Assembly (NCBI GenBank): GCA_963664295.1
Contig: OY760935.1
Coordinates: 960,001-1,024,000 of the forward strand
Direction: 5' to 3'
DNA: 64,000 nt
Origin: Candidatus Altimarinota bacterium
Lineage (GTDB): Bacteria > Patescibacteriota > Gracilibacteria > CAIRYL01 > GCA-016699755
The number at the start of each line of letters is the position of its first letter. The stretch's first letter is position 1. A program made the translations under genes and the position numbers. Shown here one piece after another: positions 8,707 through 18,431 of this stretch. A model generated the notes under the pieces. It saw only the letters and a program-made list of their open reading frames with translations. It did no database searches and was not told the origin of the DNA.

Positions 8707-9429
8707 TTATCCAGCTCTAATTTCACAATGTTTTACTGCCTTTTCTGCTATTTTTTGAAAATTTTTTAATTCCAATGGATTAAATCCATTTATTTTTTCT
8801 ATTTTTGGGTCAAGGCATCCGCCTGTTGGGCGAAAATTTTGTAAATAATATTTTTTTGCACCTTGAATTAATTCTAATAATTCCTTAAAAATGTCTTCAT
8901 TGTGTATTCCTGGCACTAATGTTGTACGAAATTCATAGTCTAAATTGCTGTTTTGAATTATCTTAATTGATTTTTTGATTATTTCTATGTTTATTTTTAC
9001 TCCAACTGCTTTGTTATAAGTTTTTTCTGAAGATTTTATGTCCATTGCAATATAATCTAACAAATTTGCTTTTAATAATTGCCTTAACATGTCCGGATTT
9101 GTGCCATTTGTGTCTAATTTTACCAAAAAGCCCATTTTTTTTATTTTTTGAATAAACTCTGGTAGGTTTTTATGAATTGTTGGCTCTCCACCAGTAATAA
9201 CTACACCGTCTAAAAGCCCTTGGCGTGCTTTTAAAAAAGCAAAAAGGGATTTTTTTTCAATAAAACTATCTTTTATTTCGTTGATTTTCTCAGGTAAAAC
9301 AAATTCGGAGTTATGACAATATGGACAACGAAAATTGCAACCTGCTAAAAAAACTATACAGCTTGTTTTGCCAGGAAAATCCAGCATACTAAAAGGCTGT
9401 ATAGCAGAAATTGGCAAATCCTTGCTCAT
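8707..9429 (-). CDS. nrdG: Anaerobic RNR activating enzyme (radical SAM)
   Basis: GCNFRCPYCHN, ITGGEPT, KLDTNG, YEFRTT; in nrdD operon. Confidence 0.93.
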   Translation of the reverse strand: MSKDLPISAIQPFSMLDFPGKTSCIVFLAGCNFRCPYCHNSEFVLPEKINEIKDSFIEKKSLFAFLKARQGLLDGVVITGGEPTIHKNLPEFIQKIKKMGFLVKLDTNGTNPDMLRQLLKANLLDYIAMDIKSSEKTYNKAVGVKINIEIIKKSIKIIQNSNLDYEFRTTLVPGIHNEDIFKELLELIQGAKKYYLQNFRPTGGCLDPKIEKINGFNPLELKNFQKIAEKAVKHCEIRAG

Positions 9430-9430
9430 T

Positions 9431-9670
9431 TTATTTATTTTTTAAATAATCATTTAACTCGCCCTCATCACTTGTTCGAAAAACTTCTTTTTCGCCTTCA
9501 AAAATAACCAGTGTTGGCACAGTTGTTATTTGCATTGCTTGTGCTTTGTCAAAAAAACCATCTTTTGTGTCATCAAAAAATTCAAGTTCAAGCCCTTCTT
9601 GTTTATTGACAAACTCCTTAAAAGAAGGGCACTTTGGGCAGGTTAATGTTGTAAATAAAATTGCCTTCAT
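9431..9670 (-). CDS. Glutaredoxin/NrdH-like redoxin
   Basis: TCPKC CxxC and TVPTL cis-Pro motif; in nrd operon. Confidence 0.85.
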   Translation of the reverse strand: MKAILFTTLTCPKCPSFKEFVNKQEGLELEFFDDTKDGFFDKAQAMQITTVPTLVIFEGEKEVFRTSDEGELNDYLKNK

Positions 9671-9672
9671 AA

Positions 9673-9894
9673 TTAGCTATATTTTTTCATGAATTTTGAA
9701 TTTGCAGTACAAACTTCTGAAAAAGACTTTCTTGAATAAAACTCTGACTTTTTTCCAACATTAAAATTGGAAACAGGACGATGATAACCCATAACACGAG
9801 TCCACACTTCACAGCGAGTTCTTTTGTCGCTTAAATTTTGGTCTTGTGTTGTTTGTTGCACGCCTTGTGCAGTTGTTGTTTGGGTTTTTTGCAT
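9673..9894 (-). CDS. Stand-alone NrdD C-terminal glycyl-radical peptide
   Basis: CEVWTRVMGYHRPVSNFNVGKKSEF matches the NrdD RVxGY glycyl-radical loop. Confidence 0.88.
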   Translation of the reverse strand: MQKTQTTTAQGVQQTTQDQNLSDKRTRCEVWTRVMGYHRPVSNFNVGKKSEFYSRKSFSEVCTANSKFMKKYS

Positions 9895-9913
9895 TTTTGT
9901 TTAAAAAAATTTA

Positions 9914-12022
9914 TTAAGAAAGGTTAGAAGAATATTGTTTACGAATTTCTGCATCACGAGTTGATTCGTAAATTCCTAATTTTTCGTCGCATTTTGGGCA
10001 GAAGTCGTGTTCTCCTTCAATGTAGCCATGGATTGGACAAACTGAAAAAGTAGGAGTAATTGTCAAATATGGAATACGGAAGCTTTTTAGGGCTGTGTGG
10101 ACAAAGTTTTTACAAGCTTCTGAGCTAGAAACTCTTTCTCCCATATACATATGGAACACTGTTCCTCCTGTGTACATGCCCTGTAATGTTTCCTGCAATT
10201 CTAAGGCCTCAAAAGCATCATCTGTAAGCTCCACAGGTAATTGTGAAGAATTTGTGTAATATGGATAATCTTTTGTGCCAGACTGAATAATATTTGGAAA
10301 TTTTTTCTGATCTTCTTTTGCAAAACGATAAGTTGTGCCTTCTGCAGGAGTTGCTTCAAGGTTATATAAATTACCTGTTTCATTTTGAAACTCAGTAATT
10401 TTATTACGCATGTATGTTAATGCTTCCTCTGCAAATTCTTGTCCAAACTCATCAGCAATATTGTGTTTATCCTCACTAAAATTACGAACTGCTTCATTGA
10501 TACCATTAACGCCAATGGTAGAAAAATGGTTATTTAATGTGTTTAGATATCTTTTTGTGTAAGGAAAAAGTCCAAGCTCAAGCCAGCGAGCTATTTCTTT
10601 TCTTTTAATCTCCAAAGAAGTTTTTGCCAATTCCATCAAATGACCAAGTCTTTTTAAAAACGCTTCTTTGTCGCCTTTGTGTGCATAACCAATGCGAGCT
10701 GCGTTGATTGTCACCACACCAATTGATCCTGTCATTTCAGCAGAACCAAAAAGACCATTTCCTCTTTTTAGAAGTTCATTTAGGTCTAATTGAAGCCTAC
10801 AACACATTGAACGCACATGATTTGGTTTTAAGTCAGAATTAAGAAAATTTTGAAAATATGGCAAACCATATTTAGCGGTCATTTCAAAAAGCAGGTTAGT
10901 GTTTTCATTCTCCCAATCAAATTCAGGAGTAATGTTATATGTTGGAATTGGAAAAGTAAAAACTCTACCCTTAGAATCGCCTGCCTTCATTACATCAAGA
11001 TAAGCTCTATTGATAAAATTCATTTCTTTTTGTAATTCACCAAAAGTAAATTCAAAATATTCACCACCAAGTTTTAACCTTTTATCTTTTAGGTCCTCTG
11101 GCGCAACCCAATCCATTGTAATATTGGTAAATGGAGTTTGTGTGCCCCAGCGAGAAGGAACATTAAGGTTAAAAACAAAAGATTGAATGTTTTGATAAAC
11201 ATATTTGTAAGTTTTTTCGTCTATGTATTCTTGCTTTGCCTCTTCAGAAGGAAATTTCATGCCAAATTTTTCCACCTCTGCCTCTGTTTCCATTGCATAT
11301 TTTTTTACATATGGAGAAAGGTAAGTATCAAAACTAGAAAAAGCTTGTGCACCTGCCCATTCATTTTGCAAAGTGCCAAAAAAATTCACCATCTGAGAAA
11401 CAGCGCTAGAAAGGTGCTTTGGTGGAGCAGACTCAACACGACCATGTTCACCATTAAAGCCCTCTTCTAAAAGCTGACGCAAGCTCCAACCAGCACAATA
11501 ACCAGAAAACATATCAAGATCATGAATATGATAATCACCGTTTCTATGAGCATCGCCAACCTCACGAGGATAAATATGAGAAAGCCAATAATTAGCTGTC
11601 ACCTTTCCTGCTGTGTTTAAAATTAAACCACCAAGAGAATAGCTTTGATTAGAGTTAGCATTCACACGCCAATCTAATTTTTGCAAATATTCATCCATTG
11701 TTTTTTCTACTTCAACCACAACTTTTCTGTCTTCTCTAAGTTCAGTTTTTCTTTCACGATAAAGAATATAGGTTTTTGCTGTTTTAGCATGACCTTCTTC
11801 GATTAAAACTTTTTCAACTGCATCTTGAGTGTCTTCAACAGTAGGAATTGCGTCCTTAAAATTAGTTTCCAAGTACAAAATAACTTTTTCAGCAAGCTCA
11901 CCAGCTGTGTTTTGATCTTCACCACCAACGGCTTTGGCAGCTGAAAAAATAGCCTTCTCGATTTTGTCTGAATCAAAATCAACAATAGCTCCGTTGCGTT
12001 TCTGAATTTTATAAATTGCCAT
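9914..12022 (-). CDS. nrdD: Class III ribonucleoside-triphosphate reductase (ATP-cone; lacks own glycyl-radical loop)
   Basis: IQKRNG ATP cone, HIHDL, GYCAGW, RSMCCRL, NLEATPAEG, CPIHG..CPKC zinc site. Confidence 0.95.
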   Translation of the reverse strand: MAIYKIQKRNGAIVDFDSDKIEKAIFSAAKAVGGEDQNTAGELAEKVILYLETNFKDAIPTVEDTQDAVEKVLIEEGHAKTAKTYILYRERKTELREDRKVVVEVEKTMDEYLQKLDWRVNANSNQSYSLGGLILNTAGKVTANYWLSHIYPREVGDAHRNGDYHIHDLDMFSGYCAGWSLRQLLEEGFNGEHGRVESAPPKHLSSAVSQMVNFFGTLQNEWAGAQAFSSFDTYLSPYVKKYAMETEAEVEKFGMKFPSEEAKQEYIDEKTYKYVYQNIQSFVFNLNVPSRWGTQTPFTNITMDWVAPEDLKDKRLKLGGEYFEFTFGELQKEMNFINRAYLDVMKAGDSKGRVFTFPIPTYNITPEFDWENENTNLLFEMTAKYGLPYFQNFLNSDLKPNHVRSMCCRLQLDLNELLKRGNGLFGSAEMTGSIGVVTINAARIGYAHKGDKEAFLKRLGHLMELAKTSLEIKRKEIARWLELGLFPYTKRYLNTLNNHFSTIGVNGINEAVRNFSEDKHNIADEFGQEFAEEALTYMRNKITEFQNETGNLYNLEATPAEGTTYRFAKEDQKKFPNIIQSGTKDYPYYTNSSQLPVELTDDAFEALELQETLQGMYTGGTVFHMYMGERVSSSEACKNFVHTALKSFRIPYLTITPTFSVCPIHGYIEGEHDFCPKCDEKLGIYESTRDAEIRKQYSSNLS

Positions 12023-12141
12023 GTAAAAAGATAAAAATGCAGATTAAAAGGTTGTTATTATATTTTGTTTTTTTGCGGTCAGCAAACTTTATTATATATA
12101 AATTATTACAATTCTCTAAGCTAAGTGCTTTTTGAGGCTAA

Positions 12142-12189
12142 ACCTAATATATTGTGTTTTTTTAAGGGACAAATAACAATATATAGGAT
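12142..12189. promoter_or_regulatory. Tandem NrdR boxes upstream of nrdD
   Basis: acctaatatattgtgt (12142-12157) and taacaatatataggat (12174-12189) resemble acaCwAtATaTwGtgt, starts 32 bp apart. Confidence 0.8.
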
Positions 12190-12264
12190 TTATCTTTCTG
12201 GTGCAAAGAAAAATTTGTTGCCAAAATAATAAAAATATTCTCCGATTAAAATAGAGAATAAATT

Positions 12265-13110
12265 TTATTTAAAAACAATAGTTCTGTTTTTAAACACAAT
12301 AATTTTATTTTCAGTGTGTTTCCTGATTGCGTTGGCAAAAACAGCTTTTTCACATTCTCTGCCCATTAGTTTTAAGTTTTTAATACTATGATGATGTTTA
12401 ACTCTTTGGACTGATTGATCAATTATTGGGCCCTGATCGAGGTTAGGCGTAACATAATGAGAAGTTGCGCCAATCATTTTTACACCCCTTTCGTACGCTT
12501 CTTCATATGGACGCGCTCCAACAAAAGAAGGCAAAAAAGAGTGATGTACATTAATAATTTTTTGTCCTACTTGATTTATAAAGTCTTCACTTAAAATTTT
12601 CATATAACGTGCAAGTCCAATCGCATCTGTTTTGTTCTTTTTAATGATTTCCAGCATTTTTTCTTCATGCTCATAAGAACCTTTTTTACTTGAAACATAA
12701 TAAAAAGGTATTCCACAGCAATCTGCTATCTTTTTTTGATCTTCAAAATTACTAATAATATATGGTATTTCTATTTTTAATTCACCAATTAGGGTTCTAC
12801 TCAAAATGTCTGCCAAACAATGACCCTCCCTAGAGCATAAAAGTCCTATTGATTTTTTACTTAAACCCAAATCAACTTTGATATTCATATCAAACTTCTT
12901 GCGAATTGGCTCAAATTGTTCAACAAAATCTTCTTCGTTTCTAAAATATCTTTCTTTTGCTTCCCACTCAATTCTTGTAAAAAAGTTTTTATCCTCCACA
13001 TGCTCTTCCATTAAGTAGATACTTAAACCTCTTTCATATAAAAAACCGGAAACAGCATATACTATTCCAGCTTGATCAGGGCATGAAATTAAAACACTTG
13101 CTTTTCTCAT
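12265..13110 (-). CDS. purU: Formyltetrahydrofolate deformylase
   Basis: ACT domain CPDQAGIV; LARYMKIL, INVHHSFLPSFVGARPY, GVKMIGATSHYVT, LDQGPII. Confidence 0.95.
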   Translation of the reverse strand: MRKASVLISCPDQAGIVYAVSGFLYERGLSIYLMEEHVEDKNFFTRIEWEAKERYFRNEEDFVEQFEPIRKKFDMNIKVDLGLSKKSIGLLCSREGHCLADILSRTLIGELKIEIPYIISNFEDQKKIADCCGIPFYYVSSKKGSYEHEEKMLEIIKKNKTDAIGLARYMKILSEDFINQVGQKIINVHHSFLPSFVGARPYEEAYERGVKMIGATSHYVTPNLDQGPIIDQSVQRVKHHHSIKNLKLMGRECEKAVFANAIRKHTENKIIVFKNRTIVFK

Positions 13111-13178
13111 AAAAAAATAAAAAACAAAAATAATTCTTACATAAAAAATTATTTTTCAGTATGTTTTTTTTTATTTTT

Positions 13179-14069
13179 TTACTTAAAACCCTCTGTTCTA
13201 ATTTGCAAATACCTAAAAATTTCTTGAGGAACATTAATTCCTGTTGCCTCTTCAAAGCCTTTAAATCCCGGCGAAGAGTTAACCTCACAAATTCGATAAC
13301 CTTTTTTATCAAAAAGAATATCAACACCAGCAATTTCAAGACCCAAAAGCCTGGTTGACTCAACCGCAAGCCATTCTAGCTCTGGATTTAGTGGAAAATT
13401 TTCTACTGAACCACCAATGGAATAATTGGCCTTAAAACCATCAGCAACTGCGGTGCGCAACATAGCTCCAATTGGACGACCGCCAACCAAAAAAACCCGA
13501 ATGTCTCTGCCTTTACTTGAAGAAATAAATTCTTGAAAAATAACATTTAGCTCCTGTTCTGCGCTAGAGCCTGTTGTAAAATCAATAATATCTTCTAGTT
13601 GTGAGCTTTTTTCGCACAAAACAACACCTTTTCCTTGTGAGCCAATGGTTGTTTTCATAATCAAAGGAAAGCTGAATTCTTTTTTAATAAAACTGATATC
13701 TAAAGGCAATTTGGCAAACATTGTTTTAGGAATTGGGATATTGTTTGTAGCTAAAATTTGAATTGTTTTTAGCTTATCTTTTGATTCATCTATACTTTTT
13801 GCTGAGTTCACAACATAAACCCCCATATTTTCCAAATATCTAATAACAGCATAATAAAAATAATTTGTTTTCCCTCTGGCAATAACGCAATCGGGTGCTT
13901 TTATGTATTTATTGTTATATAAAACCGTTTTATTTTCTGGTCTTGGCTCAATTAATTCAAATTTTTTTGGATTAACCACTCTAAATTGAATTCCTTGTTT
14001 TTTAGCCTCTTCTTTAAGCCTGTTTACAGCATATGTTTTTGCTTGTTCTGTTAATACCCAAACTCTCAT
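13179..14069 (-). CDS. RimK-family ATP-grasp alpha-L-glutamate ligase
   Basis: DKLKT, GSQGKGV, QEFI, GRDIRV, FKANYSIGG, GVDIL, CEVNSSPGFKG. Confidence 0.92.
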   Translation of the reverse strand: MRVWVLTEQAKTYAVNRLKEEAKKQGIQFRVVNPKKFELIEPRPENKTVLYNNKYIKAPDCVIARGKTNYFYYAVIRYLENMGVYVVNSAKSIDESKDKLKTIQILATNNIPIPKTMFAKLPLDISFIKKEFSFPLIMKTTIGSQGKGVVLCEKSSQLEDIIDFTTGSSAEQELNVIFQEFISSSKGRDIRVFLVGGRPIGAMLRTAVADGFKANYSIGGSVENFPLNPELEWLAVESTRLLGLEIAGVDILFDKKGYRICEVNSSPGFKGFEEATGINVPQEIFRYLQIRTEGFK

Positions 14070-14189
14070 TATTTTAATAAAAAGCCGATTATTTATAATA
14101 CCGAATTTAAAATTCTCAAAGAAAAAATTAGGGACAAAATTTTACATTTATTTTAAAAATATTATAATTAAATCCCTTTTTGAGAAAAA

Positions 14190-14885
14190 ATGAACGAAAA
14201 AATAATTACCAGCACACAAACATCTGCAATACAGGACTTTTTAAATAAAACTTACGGCTGGATGGCAACTGCCTTGGCACTTACAGGCCTTACTGCTTAT
14301 TATGTCGCTAATTATCAAATTTCATTAGTGCTTTCTTTGGCACAAGGTGGCTTAATGTGGCTACTTTTGTTTGCGCAAATTGGTTTAGTTATTTATCTCT
14401 CTGCTCGTATTCAAAAAATGTCCTTGCAAACAGCCATAGTTTTATTTTATGTTTATGCAATTACTGTTGGTATTACATTTTCTACGCTTTTCTTGGCTTA
14501 TACTGCGTCATCTTTAGCTAGCACTTTTTTTATCACTGCTGGCACTTTTGGCGCCATGAGTGTTTATGGATATTTCACAAAAACCGACCTAAGCTCAATT
14601 GGAAATATTTTGCTAATGCTTCTGGTGGGATTAATTTTAACTAGTATTGTTAATATTTTTCTCAATAGCCCAGCTATTTATTGGGTGACAACTTTTGTGG
14701 GTATTTTTATTTTTGTTGCACTTACTGCTTATGACACACAAAGACTGAAACATGTTGCCACCACACTACAAGACAGCACAAGCGAAGGTGCGCAAAAAAT
14801 AGCAATTATACTTGCTTTGTCTTTATATCTTGATTTTATTAACCTTTTCTTATATTTACTTAGGCTTTTTGGTAGTAGAGATTAG
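14190..14885 (+). CDS. Bax inhibitor-1/YccA family membrane protein
   Basis: TYGWM, AYDTQRLK, ALSLYLDFINLF; ~7 TM. Confidence 0.93.
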   Translation: MNEKIITSTQTSAIQDFLNKTYGWMATALALTGLTAYYVANYQISLVLSLAQGGLMWLLLFAQIGLVIYLSARIQKMSLQTAIVLFYVYAITVGITFSTLFLAYTASSLASTFFITAGTFGAMSVYGYFTKTDLSSIGNILLMLLVGLILTSIVNIFLNSPAIYWVTTFVGIFIFVALTAYDTQRLKHVATTLQDSTSEGAQKIAIILALSLYLDFINLFLYLLRLFGSRD

Positions 14886-14887
14886 CC

Positions 14888-16069
14888 CTACCATGTCCAC
14901 CTCCTGCTTCCGTTCATAAGCGAATCTCTATTGCCTGAGTTTAATACTAATTTTACTGCTTTTTTCTGTTGTTTTTCATCTTCTCCTAGTTCGCGCATTA
15001 CTATCATAGTAATGTCGTCTTCTTGCACATAATCACTGCCAACAAAGTCGCTAAATTCATCTGAAATTTTGTCAAAAATACTTTCTAAGGATTTTTTGTA
15101 AGCATTTTCTTGCAATGTCACCTTAAGCCTTTCTAGTCCAAACATTTCGCCTTTTTGATTGCGCGCTTCGGTTATGCCGTCTGTGTAAAGCAAAACCACG
15201 TCGTCAGGATCAATATCAAGTTCTTTTTCTTCAATAATTGCACCTATGTTTGGTGTCATGCGTAAAGCAATTCCTCCTGACTTTATGGTCTCAACTTGTT
15301 GAGTTTTTGCTCTGTAAATTAAAATATGCTCATGACCTGCGCCTGTGTAATACATTTTTCTTCTTAGGGCGTCCCAGCGAAGCATGACCAAGGTCATAAA
15401 TCTTTGAGAAGAAATTCTATCGCATAAAACATCATTAACCATAGTTAAAATTTCCGCTGGCATTTTGTCATTAGCCGCATAAGCGTGTATTAAGGTGTTT
15501 ACCATCATCATAACCAAGCCAGCTGGAATGCCGTGCCCTGTCACATCACCAATATAAACAAGTGTATTTTGATCTCTTTGTATAAAATCAAAGGAGTCTC
15601 CTCCCATTTCTGCGGCCGCTTTTGTTTTTGCCATTATTTCAAGACCCTCAATATCTTGGGTACTTTTTGGTAAAACATCCTGCTGAATACTACGAGCAAC
15701 ATCCACTTCTGAAAATAATCTTCTTTGCTCAACTAAATCACTAGAAATTTTTTCTAAATTTCTAGTCACTTCATTAAAAAAATGTGTCACAACACCAATT
15801 TCATCAGGACTAAGTGGTTTTAATCTTTTGTATTTTTTACCTGTTAGTAGCGCCTTTGCTTGCGGTGCAACTCTTTTTAGGGGTCGCGAAACAAGAAATA
15901 TAAAACCAAAAACAATGATTATTAAAAAAACAACAGAAACACTGAAAAATATTAATTTTTCACTTTTACCAAGGCTATTTAAGGCAAAAATCAACACAAA
16001 CGCTGGTGATATGGTCACCAACAAAAATAAAATATATTTTAGCGTTAAATTTGCTCTTAAAAATCGCAT
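14888..16069 (-). CDS. Membrane PP2C/SpoIIE (RsbU-like) phosphatase with HAMP
   Basis: 2 TM, DEIG HAMP, GGDSFD, GDVTGHG, AGH, YTDGITEARN, DDIT. Confidence 0.92.
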   Translation of the reverse strand: MRFLRANLTLKYILFLLVTISPAFVLIFALNSLGKSEKLIFFSVSVVFLIIIVFGFIFLVSRPLKRVAPQAKALLTGKKYKRLKPLSPDEIGVVTHFFNEVTRNLEKISSDLVEQRRLFSEVDVARSIQQDVLPKSTQDIEGLEIMAKTKAAAEMGGDSFDFIQRDQNTLVYIGDVTGHGIPAGLVMMMVNTLIHAYAANDKMPAEILTMVNDVLCDRISSQRFMTLVMLRWDALRRKMYYTGAGHEHILIYRAKTQQVETIKSGGIALRMTPNIGAIIEEKELDIDPDDVVLLYTDGITEARNQKGEMFGLERLKVTLQENAYKKSLESIFDKISDEFSDFVGSDYVQEDDITMIVMRELGEDEKQQKKAVKLVLNSGNRDSLMNGSRRWTW

Positions 16070-16890
16070 TATTTCTTAGCTGTTAAATTAATAAGATGGT
16101 TTATTCCTGTAAGCTCTAATATTTCGTACAAATCCGCAGGAATATTGATAATTTTTAAGTCTCCTCCTTTTTCTTTGGCTTCTTTTTTCCATTCAACCAG
16201 CCTACCAATAAAGGTGGACATGAAAAACTCAACTTGATCAAAATCAAAAACAATTAAGTTGCCAACTTTTTCATTTTTCTTGAAAAACTCATCAACTTCT
16301 TTGGTTTTTTGCAATATTGTTGTTTCGTCGATAATGCCTGAAAAGGTAAATATTTTTTCGCCAAGACCTACCTCTGCTGTTGGCATATCCATAGTTGGAA
16401 TTATTTCATAGCTTGATGCTTTATTTCTTATTATTGTTGGCACCTCTTCTTCCTCGCCTGCTTTAAAGTTTTTACCAAAAACAACACAAATTCCCCCTAA
16501 TTCACTGTCTTTGATGTCAAATTCATCTGTCCATTTTTTTGCTATTTGAGCCAAACCCCTACCAGATGTTTTTGTGAGCACATTATGCTCTTCTTCATTA
16601 ATAACTATTTTTTTTAAATCCTCTGCTTTAAGGTTTTTTTTGCCACTACCGTGGTCTTCTATTTTTATGGTTATTTTGTCTTCTTGAAGTAAAAAATGAA
16701 TATTAACTGGTGAAAATTGAGCTGATCCATGCTTTACGGCGTTCATAAAAACCTCAGAAAAAACCAGCTTTAAACGACTTTGGTCTCTTTTAGATAAACT
16801 TGTGTTTTTAAAAATAGATTCTGCAATAGATCGCACAGAAGGTGAAACCTCTTCTAATGCCGGCACAGAAAACATGAATTCTTGGTTCAT
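16069..16890 (-). CDS. RsbW-like anti-sigma kinase fused to STAS anti-anti-sigma domain
   Basis: SEVFMNAVKHG, IEDHGSG, SGRGL; C-terminal VFDFDQVEFFMSTFIG...ILELTGI. Confidence 0.85.
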   Translation of the reverse strand: MNQEFMFSVPALEEVSPSVRSIAESIFKNTSLSKRDQSRLKLVFSEVFMNAVKHGSAQFSPVNIHFLLQEDKITIKIEDHGSGKKNLKAEDLKKIVINEEEHNVLTKTSGRGLAQIAKKWTDEFDIKDSELGGICVVFGKNFKAGEEEEVPTIIRNKASSYEIIPTMDMPTAEVGLGEKIFTFSGIIDETTILQKTKEVDEFFKKNEKVGNLIVFDFDQVEFFMSTFIGRLVEWKKEAKEKGGDLKIINIPADLYEILELTGINHLINLTAKK

Positions 16891-16960
16891 TTTTATTTTT
16901 GTTTACTTAATAAATTATCTCATATTTTTGCCTTAAAATCAATATTTAAACTGTGTTTTT

Positions 16961-18355
16961 TTATAAACTTGGCAAGCCTGAGATTTCTGGATACTGTTTT
17001 AGGTGCTCATAAAATTCATTTTGAATTTCCATCAATTTTTCATTACTTCTGGCCTCAAACCTTAGGGTTAAATAAGGGGAGGTATTAGATGCGCGCACAA
17101 TTCCCCATGCGCCATCTTCAAAATCAACTTTTACTCCATCAATGGTTAATGCTTTATCCCTGTATTTTTGAGCAAAAAAATCAACTATTTTCTGCATAAT
17201 TTCAAACTTGTGCTCTTCTGCAATTTTTACCTTTATTTCTGGAGTAACAAATGTTTTTGGCAGGTCTTCAAAGTGCTGTTTTAAGGGTGTTTTTTTATTA
17301 GCTACAATTTCTAATAACTTTGCTCCTGCTAAAAAAGCATCATCAAAGCCATAATAGTCATCTGCAAAAAACATATGCCCAGAAACTTCTCCTCCCAACA
17401 AAGCACCTGTTTCTAGCATTTTATTTTCAATATAACTATGACCTGTTTTGCAGGGAATTGCTTTCCCTCCTAATTTTTCTATTTCATCTGCCAAAACCTG
17501 TGTGGCTTTTAAATCATAAACCACTGTTGCTCCATGTTTTTTTCTTAAAAGCTCTCTAGCAAGTAGCAATAAAAGCAAATCAGCTGCATAATATTCACCA
17601 TTTTCGTCAATAATACCAACCCTGTCTCCGTCTCCATCAAAAGCAATTCCCATTATTGCATTTTCTTTTTTTACGGCTTTTTTTAAGTCTTGCAAGTTTT
17701 TTTCTTCTTCTGGATTTGCTTCATGGTTTGGAAAATCACCATCAACATTACAATAAAGAGGCACTATTTCTACTCCAATTTCTTGAAAAAAGCTTCCCGC
17801 GAAAGCACCTGCCACGCCATTTCCACAATCCACAACTACTTTTGGCTGACCCTCAATTTTTACTAATGAGGCAATTTTTTTTATCCAATCTTGAGCAAAG
17901 CTTTTTTCTTCCATTTCACCCTGTCTTTCTGACAGGTAATAATCGCCGTTTTTAACTATTTCTTTGATTTCTTGAATTTGATCACCAAAAATAGCATGTG
18001 CGCCTTTTGACTGTAGCTTAAAGCCATTAAATTCTTTTGGATTATGACTAGCGGTAATATTTACACCGCCATCAAATTCTCCAAAACAAACTGAAAAATT
18101 AAGCAAAGGCGATGTGGCTAGTCCAATATCAACAACATTAATTCCACAATCACGCACTCCTTCAATAAAAGCTTTTTGCAAAACAGGCGAATGTGTTCTG
18201 CCATCACGCCCCACTACAATGGTTAAAGGTAGGTTATTATTGCGCAATAAATAGCTTGCATAAGCTTTTCCAATTAAATTAGCCCCTTCTTCGTCAAAAT
18301 CTTCTCCCACAACACCCCTAATGTCATAGGCACGAAAAATATGATCTTTTATCAT
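16961..18355 (-). CDS. Phosphomannomutase/phosphoglucomutase (start reassigned to 18355)
   Basis: IFRAYDIRG, TASHNP, FDGDGDR, GEVSGH, RASNT. Confidence 0.95.
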   Translation of the reverse strand: MIKDHIFRAYDIRGVVGEDFDEEGANLIGKAYASYLLRNNNLPLTIVVGRDGRTHSPVLQKAFIEGVRDCGINVVDIGLATSPLLNFSVCFGEFDGGVNITASHNPKEFNGFKLQSKGAHAIFGDQIQEIKEIVKNGDYYLSERQGEMEEKSFAQDWIKKIASLVKIEGQPKVVVDCGNGVAGAFAGSFFQEIGVEIVPLYCNVDGDFPNHEANPEEEKNLQDLKKAVKKENAIMGIAFDGDGDRVGIIDENGEYYAADLLLLLLARELLRKKHGATVVYDLKATQVLADEIEKLGGKAIPCKTGHSYIENKMLETGALLGGEVSGHMFFADDYYGFDDAFLAGAKLLEIVANKKTPLKQHFEDLPKTFVTPEIKVKIAEEHKFEIMQKIVDFFAQKYRDKALTIDGVKVDFEDGAWGIVRASNTSPYLTLRFEARSNEKLMEIQNEFYEHLKQYPEISGLPSL

Positions 18356-18398
18356 AAGCCAGTTAATAAACTTATATAAAATATAGCATAAGTTAAAA

Positions 18399-18422
18399 AA
18401 AATACCCACAACGGGGTATTTT
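18399..18422 (-). terminator. Intrinsic terminator after the sigma-like HTH gene
   Basis: aaaataccc-acaacg-gggtatttt hairpin with T tract on the minus strand. Confidence 0.65.
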
Positions 18423-18431
18423 AATTAAATC

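Noticed and set aside
9914-13110. PurU supplying formate to NrdD
   Set aside because: NrdD shows CC/Glu signatures of the redoxin-dependent type, has a redoxin in its operon, and has its own NrdR-boxed upstream region
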